Virus record (IMG/VR): IMGVR_UViG_3300021354_000022 | Span: 1-31,538 of that record | Length of the DNA stretch: 31,538 nucleotides | Direction: 5' to 3' (one strand) | DNA from: a virus | Lineage: Duplodnaviria; Caudoviricetes | Part shown: positions 9,579 through 17,471 of the stretch, piece by piece | How the letters are laid out: each line of letters begins with the position of its first letter | Position numbering within the stretch: the stretch's first letter is position 1 | Made by a program: the position numbers and the translations under genes | The notes under the pieces: generated by a model | Database searches by the model: none | The model's input: only the letters and a program-made list of their open reading frames with translations | What the model was told of the DNA's origin: nothing

Positions 9579-10392
9579 TTTGGCTTTCAATTAATTCTCT
9601 GCGGTCTAGTTTGTTTTCAAACTTATCAAGCATCTTTACTTGGGCTGGGTCAAACATAACATAATTGTTAGTGTCCCTGCCTTGACCTTTTACCATTTGC
9701 ATATTTTCATATTTAATTCCAGGTATACCTTGTTCTAAAAGCCATTTAGAGGCATCTGCTTCAGGTGTTTTTGACCCTGCTTGTTTTAAACTAAATGCTA
9801 TTTCTTTATATAATTTTTCGCCTGTAGTTGGCGATATACCGCTACCAAATTGTTCCATTGCTTTAGCAGAAATGCGTTTTCTAGCATCTTCAGGCACTTC
9901 TTCATACCAATTAAGCATTTTTGGTATTAAAGCATCAGGAATATCTACTTTGTAAAGATTGCCTTCTTTTGGCCCAGAAATCGTATTTCTAGAAGCCATA
10001 TACATTCCAGCAACATCAGGGCTTTCAGCAAAATAAATACCATGACCAAAATTGTTTGCTTTTGCACTTGTACCAGCTTTTGTTATGTCAAAACCTTCTT
10101 TTATTACATTTGGAGTGCCATGCCATGCTGTTAAAGCAGCCACATTTGGTACTTCACCCATAAATCTATTAAAAGCGCCTTGGTCAGTTATTTGCATACC
10201 TTGGGGTGTCATTTGCAATGCAGCATCTATGTCTTGGCGTTGTTTTGCAAGGTTTTGCATTGTTTTCTGCGGCAAACTTGCTATATGTTCTGACAATACT
10301 TTAGTCATTGGTGAGTTTACAGGCGTAGGTATGGCTAGTGTCCCATCCTGAGCGTAACCTGTTTGACGCAGTATTTCAGCCAATGTAGGCAT
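9544..10392 (-). CDS. ADP-ribosyltransferase-fold protein (polyvalent-protein ART-like)
   Basis: AWHGT...FGHGIYFAESPDVAGMY...GIPGIKY...NYVMFDP motif series. Confidence 0.75.
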   Translation of the reverse strand: MPTLAEILRQTGYAQDGTLAIPTPVNSPMTKVLSEHIASLPQKTMQNLAKQRQDIDAALQMTPQGMQITDQGAFNRFMGEVPNVAALTAWHGTPNVIKEGFDITKAGTSAKANNFGHGIYFAESPDVAGMYMASRNTISGPKEGNLYKVDIPDALIPKMLNWYEEVPEDARKRISAKAMEQFGSGISPTTGEKLYKEIAFSLKQAGSKTPEADASKWLLEQGIPGIKYENMQMVKGQGRDTNNYVMFDPAQVKMLDKFENKLDRRELIESQIKALQNAGEKQ

Positions 10393-10395
10393 AGC

Positions 10396-10617
10396 TTACC
10401 CAACAATATCTACATCGTGGTACTTGTTCATAGCCTTTGACAATGCTTCTTTACGCTTCATTCTTTCATTAGCTTTCTTATTCAGAATACCGCTATCTTC
10501 TAGCTCTAATGGAGGATTGTGTTCTTGGCGTTTCTTTTGTTGTTTCTCAAGCGTAGACTCTTTATGCGCTCTAAGCATTGCGTTTTCTGGCGGATAGCTT
10601 CTTGTCATGTGTTTCAT
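10396..10617 (-). CDS. Hypothetical basic protein
   Basis: 73 aa, coupled to the upstream gene by a TAATG overlap. Confidence 0.6.
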   Translation of the reverse strand: MKHMTRSYPPENAMLRAHKESTLEKQQKKRQEHNPPLELEDSGILNKKANERMKRKEALSKAMNKYHDVDIVG

Positions 10618-10802
10618 TAGTCTTTTTCCTTGACATACTTATCATAGGTAGCTTCTAACTTTGACTTACGGCTACCTTTAGCATATTCACGCTCAGTATT
10701 TAACGCAATAGCAATGCTTTGAGCTTTACTTTTGCCAGATTTGCGTTCGGTTTTATAATTAGTCCCAACACTTTGTGCGCTACCGCTTTTGTCCAATGGC
10801 AT
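10617..10802 (-). CDS. Small basic conserved phage protein
   Basis: MPLDKSGS...KSGKSKAQSIAIAL resembles the MPLKKG...QAVAIA family found near packaging genes; RBS AAGGA. Confidence 0.7.
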   Translation of the reverse strand: MPLDKSGSAQSVGTNYKTERKSGKSKAQSIAIALNTEREYAKGSRKSKLEATYDKYVKEKD

Positions 10803-10811
10803 GATGCTTCC

Positions 10812-11177
10812 TTACTTGAGGTATTTGAGTTTGTAGATAGTAGAGTCAATCAGTTGCTGGATTTCGGCAACAATATTGATAAGTTCTTGTTTTTGCGGCA
10901 AATCTGCGTTGGCTTCTGCCACGAAATTCTTTAATGATTCTAAGTACTTGAGTGCATCTTTAGGCTGATGATAGACACTTGGAAACTCTTTAATCTGCTC
11001 ATAGCAACCCATATAAGCCTCGACATAATCATCTACAAGCTCAATGATTTCATCATAGTATTTGCCCAAAGCCTTATGCTGTGAGTAAGAATTTGTTGCC
11101 CAATGGAAGAAATGAGTATTAGTGCTGCTATGCAATAAAGTAGCGGCAAACATAGCGACATTAGGGGTTTCATTCAT
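10812..11177 (-). CDS. Ferritin/Dps-like four-helix protein (DUF5856-like)
   Basis: HFFHW...HKALGKYYD...VDDYVEAYMG...YKLKYLK. Confidence 0.8.
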   Translation of the reverse strand: MNETPNVAMFAATLLHSSTNTHFFHWATNSYSQHKALGKYYDEIIELVDDYVEAYMGCYEQIKEFPSVYHQPKDALKYLESLKNFVAEANADLPQKQELINIVAEIQQLIDSTIYKLKYLK

Positions 11178-11464
11178 ATAGACTCCAGTTCGTACAATTT
11201 TAGCACTTCCATAGCATCTTGCACGGAATTGACCCTATGTAAAGGGCCACCACGCCAATTAGCAAATAGGGTTATTTGTTGTGGCGTTAGCTTTTTATCT
11301 TCACCATCTTTAACTTCGATTAAAATGGTTTGTTCTGCATAGCACACCATCAGGTCAGGGATTCCTCCACCGACCATGTGCAAAAGAAATACATCAGCAC
11401 CATTATCTCGTAGCGCTTTAACAACATCCTTCTGATTTTTATCAACTTTTTTTATAAAAGACAT
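11174..11464 (-). CDS. PD-(D/E)xK endonuclease (VRR-NUC/resolvase-like)
   Basis: KVDKNQ...GIPDL...LIEVKD...LTPQQ. Confidence 0.8.
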   Translation of the reverse strand: MSFIKKVDKNQKDVVKALRDNGADVFLLHMVGGGIPDLMVCYAEQTILIEVKDGEDKKLTPQQITLFANWRGGPLHRVNSVQDAMEVLKLYELESI

Positions 11465-11509
11465 AATAATATGTTAGTGTTTAGCAACTTATAGTATAAG
11501 GGGTATTCA

Positions 11510-12469
11510 ATGACGCAGTATTACTTGCCAGATGAAGAATGGATTGCCCTTTGGAAAGAGTGCGGTTCTGCCAAAATAATGTCCCAAAAGACAGGGATTA
11601 CAGAAAGGTCTGTATATAACCGCAGACGCTCAATAGAATCTAGGTACAAAATTGAATTACCTTCAGTTGATGACCAGCGCTTTGACCAGTTAAAGAAAAT
11701 AGCCCAGACCACAGGACATACACGCAGGGGCATGGAAATAGAAAAAGGTAAAGTCATTGTCTTTAGTGATGCTCACTTTTGGCCTGACGATACCACCACA
11801 GCATTCAAAGCCCTGTTAGAAATGATTAAAGAGCATAAGCCTACTGCCATAGTCTGTAATGGGGATGCGCTTGATGGGGCTAATCTTAGTCGTTTTCCAC
11901 GCCAGGATTGGAATAAAGTCCCAACAGTCAAAGAAGAGTTAGACGCTTGTCAGTATTACTTGGGCGAAATTGAAGCGGTAGCCAAAGGAGCTAAGTTATT
12001 TTGGCCCATTGGCAACCATGACCAAAGACTTGAAATGAGTATTATTGCCAACCTTCCATCATTTGAAGGTGTCAAAGGCACAAGTCTTAAAGACTATTTT
12101 CCTATGTGGCAGCCTTGTTGGAGCTTTTGGCTCAATGAAGATGTTTGCATAAAGCATCGTTGGAAAGGTGGTTGGACAGGTGGTCGTAACAACGCTGTCA
12201 ATAGCGGTTGCTCTATGCTTACAGGTCATACCCATGTACTGAGTGCTATACCTTTTAATGACTATAACGGCACACGCTGGGGTGTTCAGACAGGCACTTT
12301 AGCTGACCCAATGGGGCAACAGTTCAGTTATACCGAGGACACGCCTAAAGATTGGAATAGTGGCTTTGTAATGCTTTCATTTGAGCGCAGCAAAATGCTT
12401 CAACCTGAACTCATTAGAGTATGCGGTGAAGATGAGGTAGATTTTAGAGGAAAGATTCATAGAGTATGA
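11510..12469 (+). CDS. Calcineurin-like metallophosphoesterase with N-terminal HTH-like segment
   Basis: Motifs SDAH, GDALD, GNHD, KH and GHTH. Confidence 0.88.
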   Translation: MTQYYLPDEEWIALWKECGSAKIMSQKTGITERSVYNRRRSIESRYKIELPSVDDQRFDQLKKIAQTTGHTRRGMEIEKGKVIVFSDAHFWPDDTTTAFKALLEMIKEHKPTAIVCNGDALDGANLSRFPRQDWNKVPTVKEELDACQYYLGEIEAVAKGAKLFWPIGNHDQRLEMSIIANLPSFEGVKGTSLKDYFPMWQPCWSFWLNEDVCIKHRWKGGWTGGRNNAVNSGCSMLTGHTHVLSAIPFNDYNGTRWGVQTGTLADPMGQQFSYTEDTPKDWNSGFVMLSFERSKMLQPELIRVCGEDEVDFRGKIHRV

Positions 12470-12813
12470 AGCTAACTCCAGCTATTCTTAGCAATTTGTA
12501 TAGTGCTATTTATTGTATGAAACCTTTTGACAGGTGGTCTATGCCATTGCCAGAAGAAATTGAGTTTCTTATAGACAAAGACCCAAATGTAATGGGTTCA
12601 TATAGCTACGATACTGGCGAGGATATAGAACACACTATTATTATTTCGTCTGCTCGCTGTGGTCATCTAGACACGGTGATTCGAGTGCTTTGCCATGAGT
12701 GCATACATATGAGCCGTCATCGCACAAATAAATGGACTCACCATGATAAGGAGTTTCGTAAAAGAGCGCTCCGTATCTCGTCTGAATTGGGTTTTGACCC
12801 TTTAGAATTGTAG
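12466..12813 (+). CDS. SprT-like zincin metallopeptidase
   Basis: VLCHECIH (HExxH) and HDKEF; ATGA overlap with the phosphoesterase. Confidence 0.75.
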   Translation: MKLTPAILSNLYSAIYCMKPFDRWSMPLPEEIEFLIDKDPNVMGSYSYDTGEDIEHTIIISSARCGHLDTVIRVLCHECIHMSRHRTNKWTHHDKEFRKRALRISSELGFDPLEL

Positions 12814-12882
12814 TGTTATCCATACGGCTATTATAGGCAGTAATATAACTAACACACCAAAAGCTAATAAAATATCATTCAC
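12802..12882 (-). CDS. 26-aa single-pass membrane peptide
   Basis: GTG start overlapping the ref-like stop (GTGA): MNDILLAFGVLVILLPIIAVWITLQF. Confidence 0.45.
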   Translation of the reverse strand: MNDILLAFGVLVILLPIIAVWITLQF

Positions 12883-13151
12883 ACCAGGCTCTCTTGAACT
12901 TTCTGTAGTAACGCTTCCTCGGTGGTATTCCATTTTCTTTCAAAACCCTTTCTACCCAGACCGTGAATTCCATTGTTTCCTCTGTGATGTTCAGGACACA
13001 AGGGGATAATGGGGCTTGTAGCACGGACACCAGCTCGTCTAATGTGGTGAAGTTCGGCAGGACTGTCTTCATACCCAAGCACGGAACTGCACAATATACA
13101 ACCGAGTCTGGCAACTCTTGCCATATAGTTCTTTTCATTTTTTGTAGCCAT
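12879..13151 (-). CDS. Ref-like HNH nuclease (recombination enhancement family)
   Basis: GCILC...AELHH...PLCPEHHR...IHG; start more likely MATKNEK at 13151 than 13208. Confidence 0.8.
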   Translation of the reverse strand: MATKNEKNYMARVARLGCILCSSVLGYEDSPAELHHIRRAGVRATSPIIPLCPEHHRGNNGIHGLGRKGFERKWNTTEEALLQKVQESLV

Positions 13152-13512
13152 CAGCAAGTTCGTACCATAGTCTATACCATTCTTTAAATGACTCAAATCC
13201 TGTGCCACATCTGAACGGTTTACCTTCAGGTGTTAATTGGAAAAATGCATCTATTACTGTGCCATTATCTGTATTGCCATAAATAATAACCACCATAAAC
13301 CTAGGATTAGCAGCAAGGGCTTGCAATAATCGCTTTTGTCCTTCGCTAACTTTTTCATTAGGCCGTTTCCATTCTAATATTAAAAAATGCCCATTGCGTT
13401 CTGCTATGCCATCCACATTACTAGGTAAAAATGCAGGGTTGCTTGGTATTAAACCCTTAAAATCGCCATAGTCTGTATGCGTGGCAAACATATTACGCAT
13501 TAGGTTAGCCAT
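13135..13512 (-). CDS. Hypothetical protein, restriction-endonuclease-like fold
   Basis: NVDG...LILEWK...SEGQ pattern (D...ExK...Q). Confidence 0.6.
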   Translation of the reverse strand: MANLMRNMFATHTDYGDFKGLIPSNPAFLPSNVDGIAERNGHFLILEWKRPNEKVSEGQKRLLQALAANPRFMVVIIYGNTDNGTVIDAFFQLTPEGKPFRCGTGFESFKEWYRLWYELADGYKK

Positions 13513-13676
13513 TGTTTCCTTACCTGGTCATAAGTAGAAAACTCTAACTTTATGGTTTCTTCAGCTAAATCATGGGCTATGAGTGTAGCCTTTTCATACT
13601 GTTTTTTAAGAGTAGCGTTGTGATAACACCGTAATAACTTTTGAATACGCAGGTAGTTTTCAGAATAATCAGTCAT
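13500..13676 (-). CDS. Hypothetical protein (58 aa)
   Basis: Not in track: MTDYSENYLRIQKLLRCYHNATLKKQYEKATLIAHDLAEETIKLEFSTYDQVRKQWLT; ATGA overlap with the queD stop. Confidence 0.65.
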   Translation of the reverse strand: MTDYSENYLRIQKLLRCYHNATLKKQYEKATLIAHDLAEETIKLEFSTYDQVRKQWLT

Positions 13677-14038
13677 TCAATCTCCAAAGTGCATTTGTCG
13701 CCAGAGGCTTTTCTTTCTACAGTTACTTCACATAATCCTTTTACATCTTTGCAAAAATCAGTTATGTAAAGACATAAATTTTCTAATGTTGGTCTGCCTA
13801 AACCTTCAACATTATCTAAAAATTTGTGGTCAAGTCTAATTTTTAATGGGTCAATCACCCAAGCAAAATGCCCAAAATCTTTAACCATTCCATCTTCATT
13901 TGGTTCGCCTCTAACTGAAATGCTTGCATGGTAAGTATGCCCATGTATATTTTCTGATTGCATTTTGGTGTGTACATCCACATACCTACCTTTTAATGTA
14001 TGTGCAGCGTCAAAATAAAATGTTTGTGTAAGTTTCAA
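13673..14038 (-). CDS. queD: 6-carboxy-5,6,7,8-tetrahydropterin synthase (QueD/PTPS family)
   Basis: FDAAH...HGHTY...GMVKDF...LDHKFL...PTLENL; TTG start with GAGGGG RBS. Confidence 0.9.
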   Translation of the reverse strand: MKLTQTFYFDAAHTLKGRYVDVHTKMQSENIHGHTYHASISVRGEPNEDGMVKDFGHFAWVIDPLKIRLDHKFLDNVEGLGRPTLENLCLYITDFCKDVKGLCEVTVERKASGDKCTLEIE

Positions 14039-14772
14039 AATAACCCCTCTTGTTCAACTTGCATAAAATTCCAAGTAGATGGTGCATTATGAGCTTCAAT
14101 TCTTGACCTCATTACTTGCGCTCTAGCTTCTTTTGTTGGGGGTGGGTAATTGCCGTTTTTCCAATTTTTGTCAATTCCTACATTTCTAGCAATGTTTGTG
14201 CTGTCCGTAGAAGCAAAAGGCAATTTAGTAAATATTGCTGGGTCTAACATACGCAGACCATGAAGTTTGCATATTGGCCTACCCATATCATCGCAAATAA
14301 CACGCATTGCTTGACCCATTTTTGACCACCAGGCAGATGTTCCAACTGTAGCGTATTCACCAGAACTACCAATACATACACGCACATAATAATTGGCTAA
14401 TTGTTCCAACCTTTCTAATGATTCATGCATATGCCATACAGGAGCTCCAAACCATTTAGGTAATGGGCAATCTTCAAGCAACGCATCATTGTCAGCCTCT
14501 GTTCCATCAATGACATCAGGAATACAAGCAAAATCACAAGATGGTACTTTTTTAAGGTTTAATGCCCAATCATAATAAGCATCCCAATTAGTAACTGGTT
14601 TACCGCTTTTCCAAGCACTAAAAGCGCCATTGTCTATAGCAAAAGATTGACATACTTCAATTGCTGTGCCAATTTGGTCTGCATGAGCATAAGACACAAA
14701 GGCATGACCAGCTTGTACAGCGTAATTAGCAACTGTGGCTGGGGTTATAGGAAGCCCATGATAATGAATCAT
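14035..14772 (-). CDS. TGT-fold transglycosylase-like protein (DpdA-like)
   Basis: DNGAFS, PDVIDG, PVWH, CIGSSG, LHGL and STDST motifs of the TGT/DpdA barrel; overlaps queD. Confidence 0.7.
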   Translation of the reverse strand: MIHYHGLPITPATVANYAVQAGHAFVSYAHADQIGTAIEVCQSFAIDNGAFSAWKSGKPVTNWDAYYDWALNLKKVPSCDFACIPDVIDGTEADNDALLEDCPLPKWFGAPVWHMHESLERLEQLANYYVRVCIGSSGEYATVGTSAWWSKMGQAMRVICDDMGRPICKLHGLRMLDPAIFTKLPFASTDSTNIARNVGIDKNWKNGNYPPPTKEARAQVMRSRIEAHNAPSTWNFMQVEQEGLF

Positions 14773-14954
14773 AAATAATTTTCTTTTTGAATGTTTTGTC
14801 TTGCAAAATGTCGTTTAAATTTACGCATTGCCCCTTTTAATGCTGTTTCTACTTCTGTTTGCGTAAGGTTTAATTGTTTAGCAATATCAGCAATATTCAT
14901 ATCAATACCTTCCTTTATATAAGGATTAAGGTTTTTTGTGCCCTTTTTCCTCAT
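14769..14954 (-). CDS. Small HTH protein (sigma-70 region-4-like)
   Basis: MNIADIAKQLNLTQTEVETALKGAMRKF. Confidence 0.6.
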   Translation of the reverse strand: MRKKGTKNLNPYIKEGIDMNIADIAKQLNLTQTEVETALKGAMRKFKRHFARQNIQKENYL

Positions 14955-15280
14955 CGGGTTATTCTTTCAATGTTTCTGTTGCTTGCTTCTTGGGTTCTGT
15001 ATAGTTCAAACCTCATCTTAGCGGCTTCTAATTGCCATTTAAGGGCTTCTGCTTCTTCTGTCGCCAATCCAATGGCCTCACATAACTCTTGGTAAGGCTG
15101 CGACTTATACGCATCCATTTCTTTCGCCCCAATAGTATTTGCCGTTGATTTAGACATTTCAATAGCCTTGAGAGAATGCTTAAACGCCTCGAATTGAGCA
15201 AGTTCACCTTTCGCCTTTGCGTATAATGGCGCTGTTTTAAAAATGAAATCAATAGCGTCATTTGGGTCATATTCTCTCAT
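14951..15280 (-). CDS. Helical hypothetical protein (UvsY-like)
   Basis: 109 aa; EMDAY...Y...RTQEASNR pattern. Confidence 0.6.
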   Translation of the reverse strand: MREYDPNDAIDFIFKTAPLYAKAKGELAQFEAFKHSLKAIEMSKSTANTIGAKEMDAYKSQPYQELCEAIGLATEEAEALKWQLEAAKMRFELYRTQEASNRNIERITR

Positions 15281-15423
15281 TTAAGGTTCATCCATAATCC
15301 GACCTGGGCCGCAGCATAGCCAACCCAAATCAAAGCGTTAGAGTTTGAACCTTTAAAGTATTGTGCTAACCCAACCACTAAATACCCAAGCCCTGTTGCT
15401 GCAACAATATACCTTTCAAGCAT
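15277..15423 (-). CDS. 48-aa two-TM membrane protein
   Basis: Not in track: MLERYIVAATGLGYLVVGLAQYFKGSNSNALIWVGYAAAQVGLWMNLK; ATGA overlap downstream. Confidence 0.65.
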   Translation of the reverse strand: MLERYIVAATGLGYLVVGLAQYFKGSNSNALIWVGYAAAQVGLWMNLK

Positions 15424-15590
15424 CCCCATTCTCCCCTGTTACCAGCTTCATAAGCTGTATAAAAATCACGCAAAAGTTGTTCATCAAACTTGTGTTCGCT
15501 TATGTATTTACGAAACCAAATCAAACCTTTTTTGTGTCTTAAAGCACATAAATACCTTATGCCGCACTCATGCCTAAAGCCTTCATGCAT
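15378..15590 (-). CDS. Hypothetical protein
   Basis: 70 aa, RHECGIRY...GNRGEWG, in operon. Confidence 0.55.
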   Translation of the reverse strand: MHEGFRHECGIRYLCALRHKKGLIWFRKYISEHKFDEQLLRDFYTAYEAGNRGEWGCLKGILLQQQGLGI

Positions 15591-15928
15591 TTTGCTTTGA
15601 GGCTTGCATAGGTGTCATAGCCATTACCCATAATCCCCAATTCAATAGCTTTAGCTTCAATGCCTTCATTGCTAAACATCCATTCTTTAGATTCTTTTAC
15701 TTTCTTTGGCTCAATTACCAATTCATCTTCCCATCGCTCTTGGTTTAACCAGGTAGCAGGATGGGGTATAAATTCTAACTCGGTTTCTTTTGCGCTCCAG
15801 TATTGGCAATGTGTGTCAATAGCTTTTGCAGCCATAAGTTGTTGTTCATCGGTAAGTCGTTGCCAGGCTTTTCTTGCAACTGCTTTAGCAATTTTTCGTG
15901 GATATAAAGACCAGAATTCATCAAACAT
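15557..15928 (-). CDS. Replication-initiator C-terminal-domain-like protein
   Basis: FDEFWSLYPRKIAKAVARKAW...FIPHPATWLNQERWEDE. Confidence 0.75.
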   Translation of the reverse strand: MFDEFWSLYPRKIAKAVARKAWQRLTDEQQLMAAKAIDTHCQYWSAKETELEFIPHPATWLNQERWEDELVIEPKKVKESKEWMFSNEGIEAKAIELGIMGNGYDTYASLKAKCMKALGMSAA

Positions 15929-16040
15929 TCCTATGATACCTATTTAAAGGGTTATTAATCATGCTATTAATTAGCTCGTCTATACTAAAAAACCATTGAG
16001 TTTCTTTCATACCATCATGCGTATAAACACTAAAACTCAT
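15921..16040 (-). CDS. Small hypothetical protein (39 aa)
   Basis: MSFSVYTHDGMKETQWFFSIDELINSMINNPLNRYHRNV; fills the gap and overlaps both neighbours. Confidence 0.5.
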   Translation of the reverse strand: MSFSVYTHDGMKETQWFFSIDELINSMINNPLNRYHRNV

Positions 16041-16348
16041 TGCAACACACGAGGACTTGGCGGTGTTGATGGGCTAGGCGGTACTGTATAGCCTGTGTTA
16101 CCAACAACGCTTTGTGTATAACCACTTGGTGTCGTGATTACGACTTGGTTAGGATATATTGTAGCAGTCTGAGTAGTAATACCCATTGGGTTTACGAACT
16201 GTGCGGTGTTGCCATTAATTTGTACAGTTCCTAAGTTATAACCACGACTGTCAGTCATTTGAACCTGTTGTGCATTAGCAGGTATGCCATAACAAAACAT
16301 AGCTGCAAATAAAACGCCTAATAAACAACTACCTATAAAATCTTTCAT
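16037..16348 (-). CDS. Exported/periplasmic protein
   Basis: Start at 16348 (RBS AAAGGGG) gives the signal peptide MKDFIGSCLLGVLFAAMFCYGIPANA, then beta-hairpin-like repeats and a Pro-rich tail. Confidence 0.7.
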   Translation of the reverse strand: MKDFIGSCLLGVLFAAMFCYGIPANAQQVQMTDSRGYNLGTVQINGNTAQFVNPMGITTQTATIYPNQVVITTPSGYTQSVVGNTGYTVPPSPSTPPSPRVLQ

Positions 16349-16392
16349 TTGAATCCCCTTTGTTAAAAACCTAGTTTCTGACTTTCTACAAG

Positions 16393-16434
16393 CTAAGTAA
16401 ATACTCCAAAACCCTAAGTTGCAAATACGCAACA
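16393..16434 (-). promoter_or_regulatory. Palindromic operator plus AGGGT-box variant
   Basis: GTTGC-AAATAC-GCAACA (16418-16434), followed on the minus strand by TTAGGGTTTTGGAGTATTTACTTAG. Confidence 0.55.
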
Positions 16435-16450
16435 TGTACACTTTTTGGCG

Positions 16451-16482
16451 TTTTTTATACATATAGGTATCAATATGTATAC
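16451..16482 (-). repeat. 32-bp inverted repeat, left copy
   Basis: Minus strand GTATACATATTGATACCTATATGTATAAAAAA, 29/32 identical to 19876-19907. Confidence 0.85.
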
Positions 16483-16514
16483 GCAATCAATACTTATAGG
16501 TACTAAAAGACATA

Positions 16515-16740
16515 GTTTGACCAAGGGTGATAGGGAACTATCAACCGACCCAATGTCTATGACATCTAGTCCTTCACTAAGATAATGGTCATTCGATGGA
16601 GAAGTTGTATCACCCAAGTCCTCTCCGTCTTGTGTAGTCGCCATTTAACGCTACGAGGCTTGCAATGGGGTTATCACCAGCCTATCTTTTCTTCCACGCC
16701 ACCGATTTAGGTGCTTAGTACGCCTGGAGTGCGGACTGCA
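16515..16740 (-). ncRNA. Candidate ~225-nt structured RNA
   Basis: GC-richer intergenic tract with at least 6 stems; G-U pairs favour the minus strand. Confidence 0.55.
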
Positions 16741-16743
16741 ATA

Positions 16744-17469
16744 TTACTCTTTTATATCTTCCTCTGCCATGTGGCAAAAAATACCGCATTGTATGTCTTG
16801 TTCTTGGGGATAATTACCAGCTTCAGGTGGCAATTCATCCAAATATACATCTTTTAAAACTGTTTGTTTCTTTTTGCGCTCAAGTTGAGCCATACGGTCA
16901 AATTGCACAGGAAAGTCTACTTTAATCTTATTCCAATAGCCTTTACCGCCTTTAACGCAACCAATACAGTTGTTGTTATGGTAGCCTAGCTTATACATAA
17001 CTGGAAGCTCTATACCAGCGTTTTGAAGCATTGCAAGGCAATCTACTTTACCAAGTCCTTTATCAATTAAAGGCGCTTTAGCATCAATATTATTGGCATC
17101 AAGAAAACGGTCATAGCGGTCTTGTTCTTCCATCGTATAGCCAAATACTTGAATATCTGTAGGTTGCTCAAATTTAAGCCTAACATCCTTTTTTAGTTTT
17201 CTAGTGCATGGGCTTGCACCTTTAATATTCATGGCTGAAGTTTCAAAACACTTATAAATTGACCTTTCATAACGGTCATTGCCCAAAATAAGTATTTTTT
17301 GACCAAACCATTTTTCGCAATCAGCAAGAAAACGCTTGTTATCAAAGTGTTCTTCAATTACTTCTGTGTACACAACAATAACTTCTTTGTCTTTAAATTG
17401 TGCTAAAGCCAACTTTGTAGCTACAGCACTAGCAGCGCCACAAGAAAACCAACAAACAACTCTAGGCAT
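16744..17469 (-). CDS. PAPS-reductase-like PP-loop (adenine nucleotide alpha-hydrolase) enzyme
   Basis: WFSCGAAS loop, PCTRKLK, GYHNNNCIGCVKGG, C-terminal CGIFC. Confidence 0.8.
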   Translation of the reverse strand: MPRVVCWFSCGAASAVATKLALAQFKDKEVIVVYTEVIEEHFDNKRFLADCEKWFGQKILILGNDRYERSIYKCFETSAMNIKGASPCTRKLKKDVRLKFEQPTDIQVFGYTMEEQDRYDRFLDANNIDAKAPLIDKGLGKVDCLAMLQNAGIELPVMYKLGYHNNNCIGCVKGGKGYWNKIKVDFPVQFDRMAQLERKKKQTVLKDVYLDELPPEAGNYPQEQDIQCGIFCHMAEEDIKE

Positions 17470-17471
17470 AA

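Noticed and set aside
16414-16644. 76-aa ORF and the 5' extension of the 149-aa ORF to 16486
   Set aside because: No RBS; they overlap the structured RNA, repeat and operator. The start at 16348 gives a clean signal peptide.
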